From assembly GCA_951406725.2 (NCBI GenBank), contig OX597814.1, positions 13,206,001 through 13,270,000 on the forward strand: DNA of 64,000 nucleotides, read 5' to 3'. Positions 30,787 to 43,450 of the stretch are shown in pieces. How positions within the stretch are numbered: the first letter of the stretch is position 1; the number at the start of each line of letters is the position of its first letter. A program made the position numbers and the translations under genes. Source of the DNA: Octopus vulgaris (lineage: Eukaryota). Below the pieces are notes generated by a model. That model worked only from the letters and a program-made list of their open reading frames with translations, ran no database searches and was not told the DNA's origin.

Positions 30787-31311
30787 TTGTCTTGGTGTCA
30801 AAGATGGGCTACAGCAAATATTCTGCTCAATACCACATGTCTTGGTGTCAAAGATGGGCTACAGCAAATATTCTGCTCAATACCACAGATTTGCTTGTCA
30901 GTTGTTTAACCATAACCAGTTGAGCATGTCCCTCGGTGGCTGACGATATGTGCATCTCTGATCAGGAGCAGAAGTAGTAGTGGAGCATCATAACCACGTG
31001 TTAAGAGGGATTATTTGGGGTTTGGATAATTCACTTCTGGAAACATGGGTGTTTCATACAACATCCTTAAACAACCCTTAATGAGGGACCTTTTGAGAGG
31101 GATGGGTTACCCTACCAGAAGAAAATTCTAACTGGGCCCCAGCTGCAAGGTCATGCGCTGTTTATCTCGATATGAGATCACCATGTCGCGCACATATGGT
31201 TGTGATGCATGTGCCTGGTGTACTCTTATCAGACGGGTAATCATGATGGGTATACTGGGCTTCGTATATTTTACCCCAGTGTCACTTTGATGGCATGCAC
31301 TGCTCTCTCAC
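30787..31311 (+). mobile_element. Second copy of the (AAT)n-inserted ~530-bp element
   Basis: Direct similarity to 29690-30142. Confidence 0.8.
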
Positions 31312-31326
31312 ATAATAATAATGATG

Positions 31327-31403
<77 letters not shown>

Positions 31404-31603
31404 AACAACTATAACAACAACATCGACAAATTCCTTACGAATGAGAACCCCGGTTCGAAATTTCGCAAGACACCTCATGAAATCTAGAGTGTATATCAGT
31501 AAAAACGTTGTGTTAACAACAAACAAGAGGACAAGTATCTGTCAATTGTAAATAATGTAAATAATGGACATAGCATAAGAATTAGTAATATTAAAATTCA
31601 ATT

Positions 31604-31665
<62 letters not shown>

Positions 31666-31675
31666 GCTGCTGCTG

Positions 31676-31710
<35 letters not shown>

Positions 31711-31711
<1 letters not shown>

Positions 31712-31905
31712 ACAAGGACAGACAAACGGATTAAGTCGATTATGTCGACCCCAGTGCGTGCGCAACTGGTCTTTAGTTAATCGATCTCGAAAGGATGAAA
31801 GGCAAAGTCGACCTCGGCAGAATTGGAACTCAGAACGTAACGGCAGACGAATTACACCTACTTATTTCACCCGGCATGCTAACGTTTCTACCAGCTCGCC
31901 GCCTT
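31711..31905 (-). mobile_element. SINE family C
   Basis: Matches 36767-36999; lies between (CTA)n and (AAT)n. Confidence 0.85.
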
Positions 31906-31918
31906 AATAATAATAATG

Positions 31919-31954
<36 letters not shown>

Positions 31955-31977
31955 TTAATAATAATAATAATAATAAT

Positions 31978-32045
<68 letters not shown>

Positions 32046-32964
32046 TAATAATAATAATAATAATAATAATACCACCACCATATTAATCATGTTAACTTTC
32101 ATTAGAACCATAACAGCTAAGTACATATTTTAATTATCACCTCAACCATATAGACTAGGCTTAACACAGTAATAATTAATGTGCTGAAAATTACAACATT
32201 AAACACAAAAAGTAAATAATTCCGATTTTGCAACTTCTCAAAAGGATGCCTATTTATATATCTAATGGAATGAATTAACAAAATGTTGCGCAAACCAATT
32301 TAGAGGCTGACTTTGCAAATAAGCTAAATTGAAAATATCAACAGCTAATGTTATATGAAGAAAGACAAAATCCAGAATGATTACCATGAAGAAATAGATA
32401 TGCTGGTAAATGTAGTTAATTATTTAGTCGTGCGTGATGACCTCTTCATTGTACTTTGTTAGCAAGCTAATTAGAAAAGTTGCTTCTCTATTAATGCTTC
32501 GATATACACGATGCAAGTAAGTAAAAAGAAAAAACGAGAAAGAGTATATGCGAAATGCATTTTTGAATTAAAACAAGCCAATTACTTAATATAAGAAGAT
32601 ATAAATAAGTAATAAACAATCACAAAAAACAATCAAGAAAACGCAACGCGTTTAATTATGTTTCCTTTAGAAATAATTTGTATGGAATTCTTCAACTGTG
32701 ATTTCATTAGCGAGGTTGTTCACACTCGGTGAGGGAAGATTAATATAGAATTATATTCGGAGCGTGGTAATTCATAAAATAAGAGAAAAAAGCATATCTG
32801 ATATATTGTTAATTCACAGACATTAATGTTGGAAACAGAATATAAGCATTCTAAAATGTATATCGACAAATTATGTGTGAAATATCGCGTGAGAGATAGG
32901 AAGTTCATGGAAGATGCAGTTTAGTTAAGGTACTCTAAACTTTGAATAATTTTGGTCTTTTTTT

Positions 32965-33350
32965 TGTGAAGCACTCCGTCGGTTATGACGACGAGGGTTC
33001 CGGTTGATCCGAATCAACGGAACAGCCTGCTCGTGAAATTAACGTGTAAGTGGCTGAGCACTCCACAGACACGTGTACCCTTAACGTAGTTCTCGAGGAG
33101 ATTCAGCGTGACACAGAGTGTGACAAGGCTGGCCCTTTGAAATACAGGTACAACAGAAACAGGAAGTAAGAGTGAGAGAAAGTTGTGGTGAAAGAGTACA
33201 GCAGGGATCACCACCATCCCCTGCCGGAGCCTCGTGGAACTTTTAGGTGTTTTCGCTCAATAAACACTCACAACGCCCGGTCTGGGAATCGAAACCGCGA
33301 TCCTATGACCGCGAGTCCGCTGCCCTAACCACTGGGCCATTGCGCCTCCA
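32965..33350 (-). mobile_element. tRNA-derived SINE family B, full length
   Basis: Minus strand begins tggaggcgcaatggcccagtggttagggcagcggactcgcggtc...gtttcgattccc (A and B boxes). Near-identical to 50559-50940. Confidence 0.92.
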
Positions 33351-33609
33351 CTGGAAACAGAATACAAGCATTCTAAAAAATATATATCGACAAATTATGT
33401 ATGAACTATCGCGTGAGAGATAGAAAGTTCATGGAAGATGCAGTTTAGTTAAGATACTCTAAACTTTGAAGTATTTTGGTCTACAGACGTATGCATACAC
33501 CCGAATGTATTTCACTACCTAGGACATAGAATAAGGAATGCAGTAATTATACGATTCTTTTCATAGGATAAATACTTGTTTTGTATAGGATAAGTACTTG
33601 TTTTGAAGG

Positions 33610-34660
33610 TAGGATGGAATGTCAGACGAACGATCCAATGAATAACAACGTTGAGAAGTTTCGCTGCCAGGGTGAGGCAAACCAGTGAAGAAACGCACTT
33701 CTCGTGAAAATTTAAGGAAATGGTGCTTAATGTGGTATATAAAGAGAATTAGAACGTGGGGTTGCCTCTACCAGAAAGCATCGTGGAAGACGTAAGGAAG
33801 AAAGCTATAATTTATAGAACCCTGGCGCTGGCAATGGGAAGGAGAGAGATGGCATCTAGGGATGCCATCTTCAGTTGCTTGAAACCAATATGACAGGATA
33901 TGAAATATATCAACAAAGGGAAATGTTTTGGCACTGTGGAGGTGAGGTTCGCTTCCGAAAAAAAGCAAAAGAATACTCAAAGAAAACTTTAAAGTTAAAA
34001 GAACTACTGTTGCTTCCGACTTTCCTTGGAAGAAGAACCTCCATAATTAAAACAGGGGCGATCCTCCAGAACTGCCCGATGCACGGCTGATAGCAGCCTT
34101 ATTGTTCAATCAAAAAGATGAGGTCTGTCTCATTTCAACTTACAGAATGTTACTGCAAAAGTAGCAGGGTCGTGGCGTGGAATTGTCAATCGTGGCCACT
34201 CAAAGATCTGGACGAAATTCCAGAATATATCATATTGTCGCTTGAGACAGAATAAAGGGTTATCGTTGAAGGTGGAAGCCCAAGGTGTTTCGGTTGGAGA
34301 TAGAAGGTCCACATAAAATCTAAGTGTCCACAGGGTATGCAGCCGAAGACACGCCCTCCAGTCAGCAAACCATTACAAACGGAAGAACCAACTGGTATCG
34401 AAAAAGATAAACCTACCAACGTACCACTGACTAACAAGCCTAACCTAGCAAAAGAGAACATCCCCAAAGACAAGAAGTCATCTAAAACTACAACAAAGAA
34501 GGCCAAAATAGGGGGGAAGTCTTACAAGAGAAACCCAAGTAGAATCAACACCGGCCGAAAGCAGCGACGAACGGACAAGGGTAAAGATAAAAAAGAAAGA
34601 AAAGAAAGAAAAAGACACCATTCCTTCCGCTCAAATACATGTTCAAAAGTCAGTAGACTG
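33610..34660 (+). pseudogene. Probable LINE ORF1 (gag-like) remnant with decayed zinc knuckle
   Basis: GTVEVRFASE, KTLKLKELLLLPTFLGRRT and VIVEGGSPRCFGWR*KVHIKSKCP (CxxC-x4-H-x4-C decayed), followed by a K/T/P-rich tail. Confidence 0.55.
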
Positions 34661-34677
34661 TGCACACACACACAAAC

Positions 34678-34712
<35 letters not shown>

Positions 34713-35300
34713 CACACATCTTTAAAACAATTAACCTAGATGGTCAAAAACTCCCATTCCACTCACAAGACGCCAACAGTTTGTTTGCTAAATAAATATA
34801 ATCCATGTACACAGTAGATATCACCACCATCATACCCGAACAAACCAAACCAGATGCACAAATGCATATATTAAACCCTCTCCATTTGAACAGAAGAACG
34901 AGCAATAAAGATGAATTGAAGAGTTATTTCAAATATGTGTTACAAACCCTTCAAAAATAAGTATGAATGAGAACAGTATGTTTGAGGTATTAAATATAAT
35001 GGACGGCAAATTTAGGAGTGTTTCAAAGGAGAATTTGAAAGGTTTTTCTTATTTGAAATGTTTCAGGTGTTTGTTAGAACGTTGTTCCAAACTTACGTTT
35101 TAAATATTTTAATTGTATTTTACCACAGAGAAAACTCTAATCTGGATAAAGTTCAGTGATGATGCGTGGTTGGTGGGGTCCCCCTTATCTATCATTACAT
35201 TTCCCCCTCTCTTTTCATCTTCCATGTTTATACTTGCTGTTTTTTAACCTCACCCTTTATTGTGTGTATATCCTTGTGCTGTCCCATCTTTATTTGACCC

Positions 35301-35716
35301 TAAGTGGTTCATCAAAAGTAAAGTTCGTGCTAGTTCCACAGTTCGTGTGTTGATAGATCAAAAATACAGTTGAAAGTTTACAGATCGAATTAGCTTGTTG
35401 GGGTGTTGGTTCCTAAAATATTGTTGTTACGCTTCGTGTGGTTGCTGCCGTTTGTTTCCATTATATTATTATATTGTTGCAGTGTGTTCATTCATCCATA
35501 AGGATATTAAGTGGTTAATCAAATATAAAGTTCGTGCCAGTTCCACAGTTCATGTGCTGACAACTCAAAGTTGTAGTTCAAAGTTTAAAGCTCGAGTTAG
35601 TTTGTTGGAGTGTTGGTTCCTAAAATATTGTTAAGTTCCGTATGATTTCTGCCATTTATTTCGATGATATTGCTATTATGTTGTTGCAGTGTATTCATTC
35701 ATCCATAAGGGTATAA
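35301..35716 (+). repeat. Two diverged tandem copies of a ~207-bp unit
   Basis: taagtggtt.atcaaa..taaagttcgtgc.agttccacagttc at 35301 and 35508. Confidence 0.9.
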
Positions 35717-36465
35717 CAGTATCTAGGTACACACACAAATACGAATATATACATACATACATACATACATACATACATACATACATACTATATACTCATA
35801 GACGTATGCCGTCTCCTTGTGTTTTTTCATTGTCAGTGAAATTTCTGATTTTCTGTCCATGACCTCTTAGTTAACAATTCAGTCTCGCTGGATTTTTAAA
35901 TAGTTTGAAGCACATGTAACAGACAAAAACTGTGACTTACTCTGAGCTTCCACCAGACTAGGTCTGCATATATCGTTACTCTTCCATCGTCATGGGACTT
36001 CAAATTATTTGGATGACAAATGAGGACATAAGAAAGAGATCCCTATACGTGATTGGCTTATAGTGTTAAATGCATGTATAAAACAAGTACTACTCTCTGA
36101 ATCTTCGCAGTTACTATTTGTGACAGACAGAATCCAAAATACAAGTAACCATGTGAAACCCCAAGTTTTATATCAGATTCTTTCTCCTAGGAAAATGGTG
36201 TGGAAACAGCGAGGTTTCACTCACTCCCAGTAGTTTTATGAGCACCAAGACACTAGCGAAGTCATTTTATCGCATCCACGCACTCACAAGGATTGTCGTC
36301 ACGCATGCTAATTAACCAATTGCTGGGACTCAGAGAAGTGCTACTACTCCGGGTCAAACTAGACTTGGGAACAATAGTGTCAACAAGTTCATCATTCCTC
36401 AAAACACCGGAACACCCGAAACAGGACCTAACTATCGGATGCAGTTCGGTCATAAGCAGGATACA

Positions 36466-36547
<82 letters not shown>

Positions 36548-36766
36548 GTATATACACGCGCATGTATACACACACACAGACACATACATACACACATTTA
36601 TATATATAAAATCGCCGGTTGTACAACACGAAATCAGCGGCAATTTCTGGATGTCTCCCAATAATTTTAACACCTTAACTATACTTTAACTAGATCCTTG
36701 ATAGATATACCCGTGTATACTAAACATGCAAGTTACGTCTACTCTTCGCCCAACTACATAAATGCT

Positions 36767-36999
36767 TATTTCTTTACTACCCACAAGGGGCTAAACACAG
36801 AGAGGACAAACAAGGACAGACATAGGAATGAAGTCGATTATATCGACCCCAGTGCGTAGCTGGTACTTATTTAATCGACCCCGAAAGGATGAAAGGCAAA
36901 GTCGACCTCGGCGGAATTTGAACTCAGAACGTAACGGCAGACGAAATACGGCTACGCATTTCGCCTGGCGTGCTAACGTTTCTGCCAGCTCACCGCCTT
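36767..36999 (-). mobile_element. SINE family C, full length, with 12-bp TSD tacataaatgct
   Basis: Head aaggcggtgagctggcagaaacgttagc and B box gagttcaaattcc. TSD at 36755-36766 and 37003-37014. Confidence 0.9.
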
Positions 37000-37324
37000 A
37001 ATTACATAAATGCTGTGGAGCTGCTCGATCAGGTCTAGCTTTTTTCCTCATTATGAAATTACTTTTGATATGAAAGTTCCCAAATCAGTTTGCTAAAAAA
37101 CAATATTTTTTTGAGAACTGATTAAATCCAAGAAGGACACCTAATGCAGTGGTTATACTGATTATCCCAGCAAAGTCGCAATGCCATCGAAAAGTAGCCA
37201 CCTACAGATCTTTAACAACAAACTCGAACAAAAATGTACACCAATAATTATTCAAAATCACTTTAACAATCGTTACAAAAATATCATTTAAAGTATTTCC
37301 ATCACGACTCTACACCAATTTTGG

Positions 37325-37500
37325 TTTCAAATTTTGGCACAAGATCAGCTGCTTCGGGGAAGCGAGCACGTTGTTTACATCGGCTACAGTACACAACTGG
37401 TACTTATTTTATCTACCTCCAAAAGGGATTAAATGTAACTCGATGGAATTTGATCTCACAACATTAAGATAAACGAAATGCCACGAAGTATTTTGATTGG
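37325..37500 (-). mobile_element. SINE family C, old decayed copy
   Basis: caactggtacttattttatc...ggaatttgatctcacaac similarity to the other family C copies. Confidence 0.65.
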
Positions 37501-38462
37501 CTCAATGCCTTCAGTTTTTGCATTATTTAAAGCGCTTCATCTCTGACGTTGCTACTATTGCGAATATATTTCATAGGATAATGCAAGATATACACAAAAT
37601 GAAATTGTACAATGCCATCATTAACTAAAATTGATTTTATGTAAATGCATAAAAAATACACTTTAATAATGCTGATGTATGAAACCAAAAGATCTGCGAG
37701 TAATCAAAAGTTCCAAAGAAATGTAGAAAGTAAGAATTAATATTCAATCGAAACCATTAAGCTTAAAAGAAAAGTGTGCAGTAAATTGCAGAGTAATTAA
37801 CAGCAGAAACTGTAACCTTCTCCCCGAGCGAACATTCTTCTAAATCTCAAAGAAATCCTACTCTACCGTCTTGAAAAAAATAACGCTTTTCATAATGAGA
37901 TTCAAGATAATTGGTTTTTGAGAAACATCGCCGGTTGTACGCACATGACAAATTGAACGTTTATAGTGAAAGAATGTGGAACTTACAGCTCTTGTGCTCC
38001 GTCTATAAATTTTAATTTCTACCTATCATCATAGATGCATTATGCTATGTATTAACGGATATAATAATAAAATGAACCTTAGAAATACTAGTTTATTCGA
38101 CGAAAGGCAAAAGAAACTAACGCTTCACCTCCTAAAAACAAACGTATTTATACACAAAAGAATTCATGTGGGAGATATAATGATTCTCTCGCATCAGCTA
38201 GCAATATGCAATTTTGTAGGAAAAGTGACCGCATGTTCCTGAGATAGTCGTGTATTTAAGAATTAGAGGCTATGTGACATTTGAGTATATCCCGTTGGCA
38301 TATATTGAACATGTTTCTCATATCCTGATCACATGCAATGCGAGAATGTTTCTTTTCCCATGAGCATTGAAAGAAAGGTTTTATATGTATTGGATGTCAT
38401 ATGTTCATTGAAAAAAGGCTCAGGGTAGGAGGACTCTAACATGAAAGAAATAATTTTTAATA

Positions 38463-39509
38463 TATTGGGTTATCCGGAAAGTCGTGCCGATTTATAACAG
38501 CTTACATTTCGACTAAATTTAGAACATGGTGGGGCCAATGAAATAAGATTTGACGACACTTCCATTTAGAGCACAGTTTAAGCTATCTTTTCGTGGAAGA
38601 AAGCTTATGTTCCTATAACCTGTGTTAATTCTGTAACCCTTAAAATTTGAAGATAAGAAAGTTCATTATCGGCACTTGATGCTTTACTTTTTCCGTAAAG
38701 GTAAAAATGCCTCACAAGCAACCAAAGAAACATGCGCGGTTTACAGTAGTGTTTCTTTATCTGAAAGAACTGTACGGATGTGGTTCGCAAGGTTCCGAGC
38801 TGAAGATTGTAGCCTTATTGATAAAGAGCGATCAGGCAGACCATCCACCACAGATGATGACCAAATCAAGTCATTAATAACCCACATTGCACAACCTGAG
38901 AATTGGCAGAAAGCCTCAACCTATCAAAATCCGTCGTTCATGAGCACCTGGTAAAGCTTAGGTACACAAATCGCTACGATGTTTGGGTACCACACGAGTT
39001 GAGTGAGAATCTTTTGGATCGCATTTCCATCTGTGATTCGCTTTATAAACGGAATGAAAACGTGCCTTTTTTAAAGCAAACTGTGACAGTTGATAAGAAA
39101 TGGATTATCTACCGAAATGTTCAGAGAAAGTGATCTCGGAGGAAGCGACATGAGCCACCCTTAGCCATCCCAAAAGCGGGTCTTCACCCTAAAAATGTCT
39201 TGCTTTGTGTCTGTTGAAATTGGAAAGGAATTCTGTACTATGAGCTTCTCCCAAGTAACCAGACACTAAATTCTGAGAATTACTGCACAGAACCGGACGA
39301 GTTAAAGGCCGCAATTCAAGAGAAACGCCCAGTATTGGCCAACAGGAAGGGTGTTGTTTTCCAACATGATAATGCAAGACCGCACTTTTCTTTGGGAACC
39401 AGACAAAAATTGCATTGGCTCGGCTGGGATGTGTTACCTCACCATCCATATTCACCAGATATTGCTCCTTCGGATTTCCACTTATTGAGGTATCTGCAGA
39501 ATAGCCTTA
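38463..39509 (+). mobile_element. Mariner transposon, 3'-truncated, frameshifted transposase
   Basis: TATTGGGTTATCCGGAAAGTCGTGCCG terminus. MLYFFRKGKNASQA, WFARFR...ERSGRPST, WVPHELSE, VTVDKKWIIY.N, FQHDNARPH and HHPYSPDIAPSDFHLLRYLQNSLN. Confidence 0.95.
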
Positions 39510-39733
39510 ATATATATATATGTATATATAAATAAGTGAATGAATTATGCTATGTTTATCGTCAGCATGGAAAATTCGTTTAACCGAAACCTGGGTAGCA
39601 AATTCACGTCAGAAACACGGTTGAAGTGACCTGTCAAGGGTAGAAACTCCGGGTTCATGTGCAGAAATTTGTGTGTTGTATATGAATAAATGAAAGAATG
39701 GAGTCGAACGAAGATGTTAACAGAATTCCATTA

Positions 39734-39815
39734 CTCTCGACATATGTTTTGAAGACAGCATGTTTTCATTCCAAAGGAATAAAGGGTGCATTATGCAATC
39801 TTCTCACCAGGAAAG
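39734..39815 (-). ncRNA. Hammerhead motif in the inverted pLTR (mutated core)
   Basis: ctttc-CTGGTGA-gaaga...tcttc-AAAAC-ATAT-GTC-gagag. Confidence 0.65.
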
Positions 39816-39821
39816 AAGGAG

Positions 39822-40235
39822 GACAACCCCAACAGAATTAAATTTTTGTCCAGTAATTCTAAGATTAAGAAGTATGTTTACCAGTGTAGAATTTCTTCCG
39901 GTACCGATGTCTTCTTCTATATAGGAGCGTCCACTTCCCAGTTATCCAAGGGAATTTCAAACCATTATTCAGCATTCAAGGATAGTAAAAAACGACATAG
40001 TACAGGGCTAAGAGAATTAGTTTGGTGTCTTAAAGACAACAATATAAATTTCAAGTTAGATTGGTTCATACTGTCTGTATCCTTTCCTTTTGATAAGGGT
40101 AGGAGATTTTGTAACATTTGCAACTCTGAACTCTTCCATATTCTCTTCTCTGAGGTTCCCCTAGTAAACACACTCATAGAAAAATCATACAAATGTAAAC
40201 GCTGGCAGAAATATACTTTCTCCTCATATAAATGA
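39822..40235 (+). CDS. PLE GIY-YIG endonuclease domain (Neptune-like), open to its stop but lacking its 5' part
   Basis: YVYQCRI...FFYIGASTSQLSKGISNHYSAF...HSTGLRELVWCLKD...W.IL...CNICNSE...KCKR. GIY-YIG hairpin plus C-terminal CxxC. Confidence 0.85.
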   Translation, partial: DNPNRIKFLSSNSKIKKYVYQCRISSGTDVFFYIGASTSQLSKGISNHYSAFKDSKKRHSTGLRELVWCLKDNNINFKLDWFILSVSFPFDKGRRFCNICNSELFHILFSEVPLVNTLIEKSYKCKRWQKYTFSSYK

Positions 40236-40513
40236 TAACGATAGTCACAGTGGTTTGAACAATTAGCTTCACGTCCACCCCACTTCAATAGCAAAATTCT
40301 TTCCTAAGCCTTCGAACATTCTTTCAATCAACGTACCCTCCCCTCTCCACTTGTTCGCTACCTATTATTCCTTTAACCCTTCTCTTCCTACTACTTATCT
40401 TTGACGTCAATTCTTCTAATGGTTTTTTTAAAAAACACTCATTATCGTTTTGTTTACCATGTAGGCAGTCATCGAAATTTTTGTTTGTCTTGTTGTCGAG
40501 AGAGGCTCCCTTT

Positions 40514-40595
40514 CTTTCCTGGTGAGAAGATTGCATAATGCACTCTTTATTCCTTTGGAATGAAAACATGCTGTCTTCGAAACATATGTCGAGAG
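40514..40595 (+). ncRNA. Hammerhead motif in the 3' pLTR (A6G core change)
   Basis: ctttc-CTGGTGA-[gaagattgcat...atgctgtcttc]-GAAAC-ATAT-GTC-gagag; homologous to 8105-8187. Confidence 0.75.
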
Positions 40596-40734
40596 TAAAG
40601 GAATTTTGTTAACATCTTCGTTCGACTCCATTCTTTCATTTATTCATATATATATATATATATATACACGTGTGTGTGTACTTTGCGTGGGCGTGCTTGT
40701 GTGCGTGTTTTTGAGAGTGGGTGTATGTACTATA

Positions 40735-40793
<59 letters not shown>

Positions 40794-40796
40794 CAT

Positions 40797-41441
40797 AAAA
40801 GACCGTAGGTAAGGCCAAAACAATGCGAAGTAGATGTAAGATAAATCACAAGAAAAGAAAAAAAATGTCAATTAACGTATACTTAACTTGTATTCAATAT
40901 TTTGGGGGTTATGACCTCATTTTCAAGAAATTGATGATTGTTGCCGATGTACAACTTCTACATATTCTTCCCCATCACCATCTTTACCACCATCATCAGC
41001 AGCATCGTTATTATCTATGTCTTTAACTCCTACCTCCTTTTCCTCCTCCACCGCCTCTTCATCTTCCTCAACGTCATCTTCAGCGACTTTATCATTATCG
41101 TCATCTCTTTTTTCTTCTACTTCCTCCTCCTCTGCTACATTTAGATTTCACGTCTACCACATCGATAACCCACTAGTGTCCCTAGCAAGCTCTCCGTAGA
41201 GTATGTCCTTGGGGATTCTGCCATCTTTCCTACGGCTAACATGTCCAAGCCATCTCATACGTCTTTGAAAGAGGAGTGCAAACACGCTCGGTATTCCTGC
41301 TTGCTTGAGGACATCTTTGTTGTGGACAAAGATATGGGAAATATCGAATACAAGGTAGTCTACATTAATACATATATTTGTTTTCTTGTGATTTACCTTG
41401 CATCTACTTCTCATTTTTTTGTCTTAGCCACGATCGGTTAT
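40797..41441. mobile_element. ~645-bp element with ~85-bp imperfect terminal inverted repeats, between TA tracts
   Basis: aatgcgaagtagatgtaagataaatcacaagaaaa on the left versus the reverse complement aatgagaagtagatgcaaggtaaatcacaagaaaa on the right. Confidence 0.7.
41150..41330 (-). mobile_element. RTE-clade LINE 3' fragment
   Basis: NKDVLKQAGIPSVFALLFQRRMRWLGHVSRRKDGRIPKDILYGELA. Confidence 0.88.
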
Positions 41442-41999
41442 ATTATATATATATATGCACACGTGTGTGCGTGTGCTTCGGCGTATTATGTGCGTGTGTG
41501 TGTGTATGTGTGTGAGTTTGTGTGTGATATGTGTGTTTGGGAGTGTGAATGTAAGCATGAACAGAAAAGAATATCAGTCATATTTAAGACTATTCATTCT
41601 TTCGGTTGTTGGAAGAGCACAGTGCGCAACATTACAGTAATCAATCATAATTGTTGTTTTAATGACACATAATGCATTTTGCAATTAGCTGCCCTAGAAA
41701 CAATTTTGAAACTCCACTAATATTGATTGTTTGGAGATATTAAATATCCCAATGTATACATAGAGAAACACTACTGTTGGAATACACCAATTATAACCGC
41801 AGCCCGGTGCGAGCGCAACAGAACTATTACTGTTCTCTGGCATACGAAACAAAATTCATACATCGTTTTAGGCGTCCGCTCCCAATGAAAAATCGAAAGA
41901 TTATAGTAAAATATTTTGGAACTTATAGCGCTTGTGCTCTGTATTTCGCATATCTAAAAGAACTGAGATGTGCAGAGTATCTCTGTTTAAATTTCAATG

Positions 42000-43450
42000 G
42001 TTGACCCTATTATATATGTCTGTGGAATTGCGTTGCGTATTGAGAATGGTGTAGTTCTAAATTGCGTTAGACCTTCTGCAATGAGTTTGTAGAGGGCATA
42101 TACTCCCCAGGTGGCGGTTACATGGTTGTGTATTGTGCGCATGAATCTCAGGAGTAGGGAGAGTTTAGAGATAGAGGTAGATTGGTTCATGTTATTAACA
42201 GTAGTATTATTTGTATTATTATTATTTCTATCGTTGTTATTATTTCTTATTTCTATCGTTGTTATTACTTATCCTATTTGTGGTAGAAGTCAGGGTATCA
42301 GTATTCTGGTAAGTGTTGTTAGGATTGGTTGGGTCTTCGTTATGTTCTAAATTATTGGGTTCGATGTTGAAGCTATCTATGTGTATTTAGAGTTGTTTCG
42401 GTGTGTATTTTGATAATAGAGTGAAAGTTTGCGTCTATTAGAGGCTGTTACGATAGACTCAAAATTGGGTGGGGACGAGTTGGAGAACTTTAAAGTAAAT
42501 ATATCAAAGATAGAGTAATATTTATGTTGACCAGGGAAGTTAGAATCTAACATATTAAAAAGAATTTGGTAAAGTTCTTAACATTTAATAAGATAGGAGG
42601 CATATACCATAGAATTAAGCGGTTGCCGCTTTCTTTGATTGTTTAGGTGTACTATAATGTATATTTTTAGATAATTGAGGCGGGTTATAGGGCCCGTTAT
42701 TTTTAGCTGCTTTAGAGTTTAACCTAGTGTTATACACGTGTGTGTGGCGGGGTCTAAGCTATCTTAATCTGTGTTCTACCGGAGTTGTAGTATAGTGCAC
42801 GTATAGACTGTTACAGTTATGATGGTTATGATGTCGTGGTGATATGGCTTGAGATATATGTTGATTGAGTCTTGTACTAGAGATGTATTTTATTTGTTGG
42901 GAGAAGCCACTGACAGCGAGTGATTGGTTGTAATATGGGGCCTGGTAATTGAATTAAGTGCATGAGGGGTCAGATATACGAATCGAAATGCCACTAACTG
43001 TGTTATCGAAGGTTGATTTGTGGTGATTGGAGTTAATGTTTAAATGCTTAAAGTACTGGTTGGGTTTATGATATGGGAAGTATTGGGAGGTTTCTATGTT
43101 TAAAGTAACGTCTAAAAACGAGCGGTTTTAATAGTTTTCAAATATAATGCAAGGAAGCAATAATATGACACATTTTGGTATCCAGAAGACCCTAAAAGGC
43201 AGGTAAAGTTATGTAGGTGCAACGGAAGGACCGCTGTTAAACTCTCGGTTCAATAGTAATATGATTGAGGAGACTAAGGCGGGTCGTGTGTGAGCGTCCT
43301 TATCTTAAATAAAATAAGATAACAAGGTCAAGGAAATGTTTCGAGGATATTTATAAAGAGAAAGGTGGTCTTACAGCTGTTTCAGGGAAATAAATGACAT
43401 CCCATCATCAGAGACGAGTTAAGGGAATTTCAATAGAAGGAATATTCGAG
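42000..43450 (-). mobile_element. Penelope-like (Neptune-type) remnant: pLTR/HHR, RT thumb, linker
   Basis: Minus strand reads FLDVTLNIETSQYFPYHKPNQYFKHLNINSNHHKSTFDNTVSGISIRISD (~43120-42970), then ILWYMPP...NMLDSNFPGQHKYYSIFDIFTLKFSNSSPPNFESIVTASNRRKL (~42620-42427). Confidence 0.8.
43368..43415 (-). ncRNA. Type I minimal hammerhead ribozyme
   Basis: gtct-CTGATGA-tggga..tccct-GAAAC-AGCT-GTA-agac. Stem I gtct/agac and palindromic ACAGCTGT stem III; upstream of and in sense with the PLE RT remnant. Confidence 0.85.

Larger units (their letters stand above)
39679..40650 (+). mobile_element. 5'-truncated Penelope-like element: inverted pLTR, GIY-YIG endonuclease, 3' pLTR
   Basis: 39679-39818 is the reverse complement of 40511-40650 and brackets the GIY-YIG ORF. 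Confidence 0.9.
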
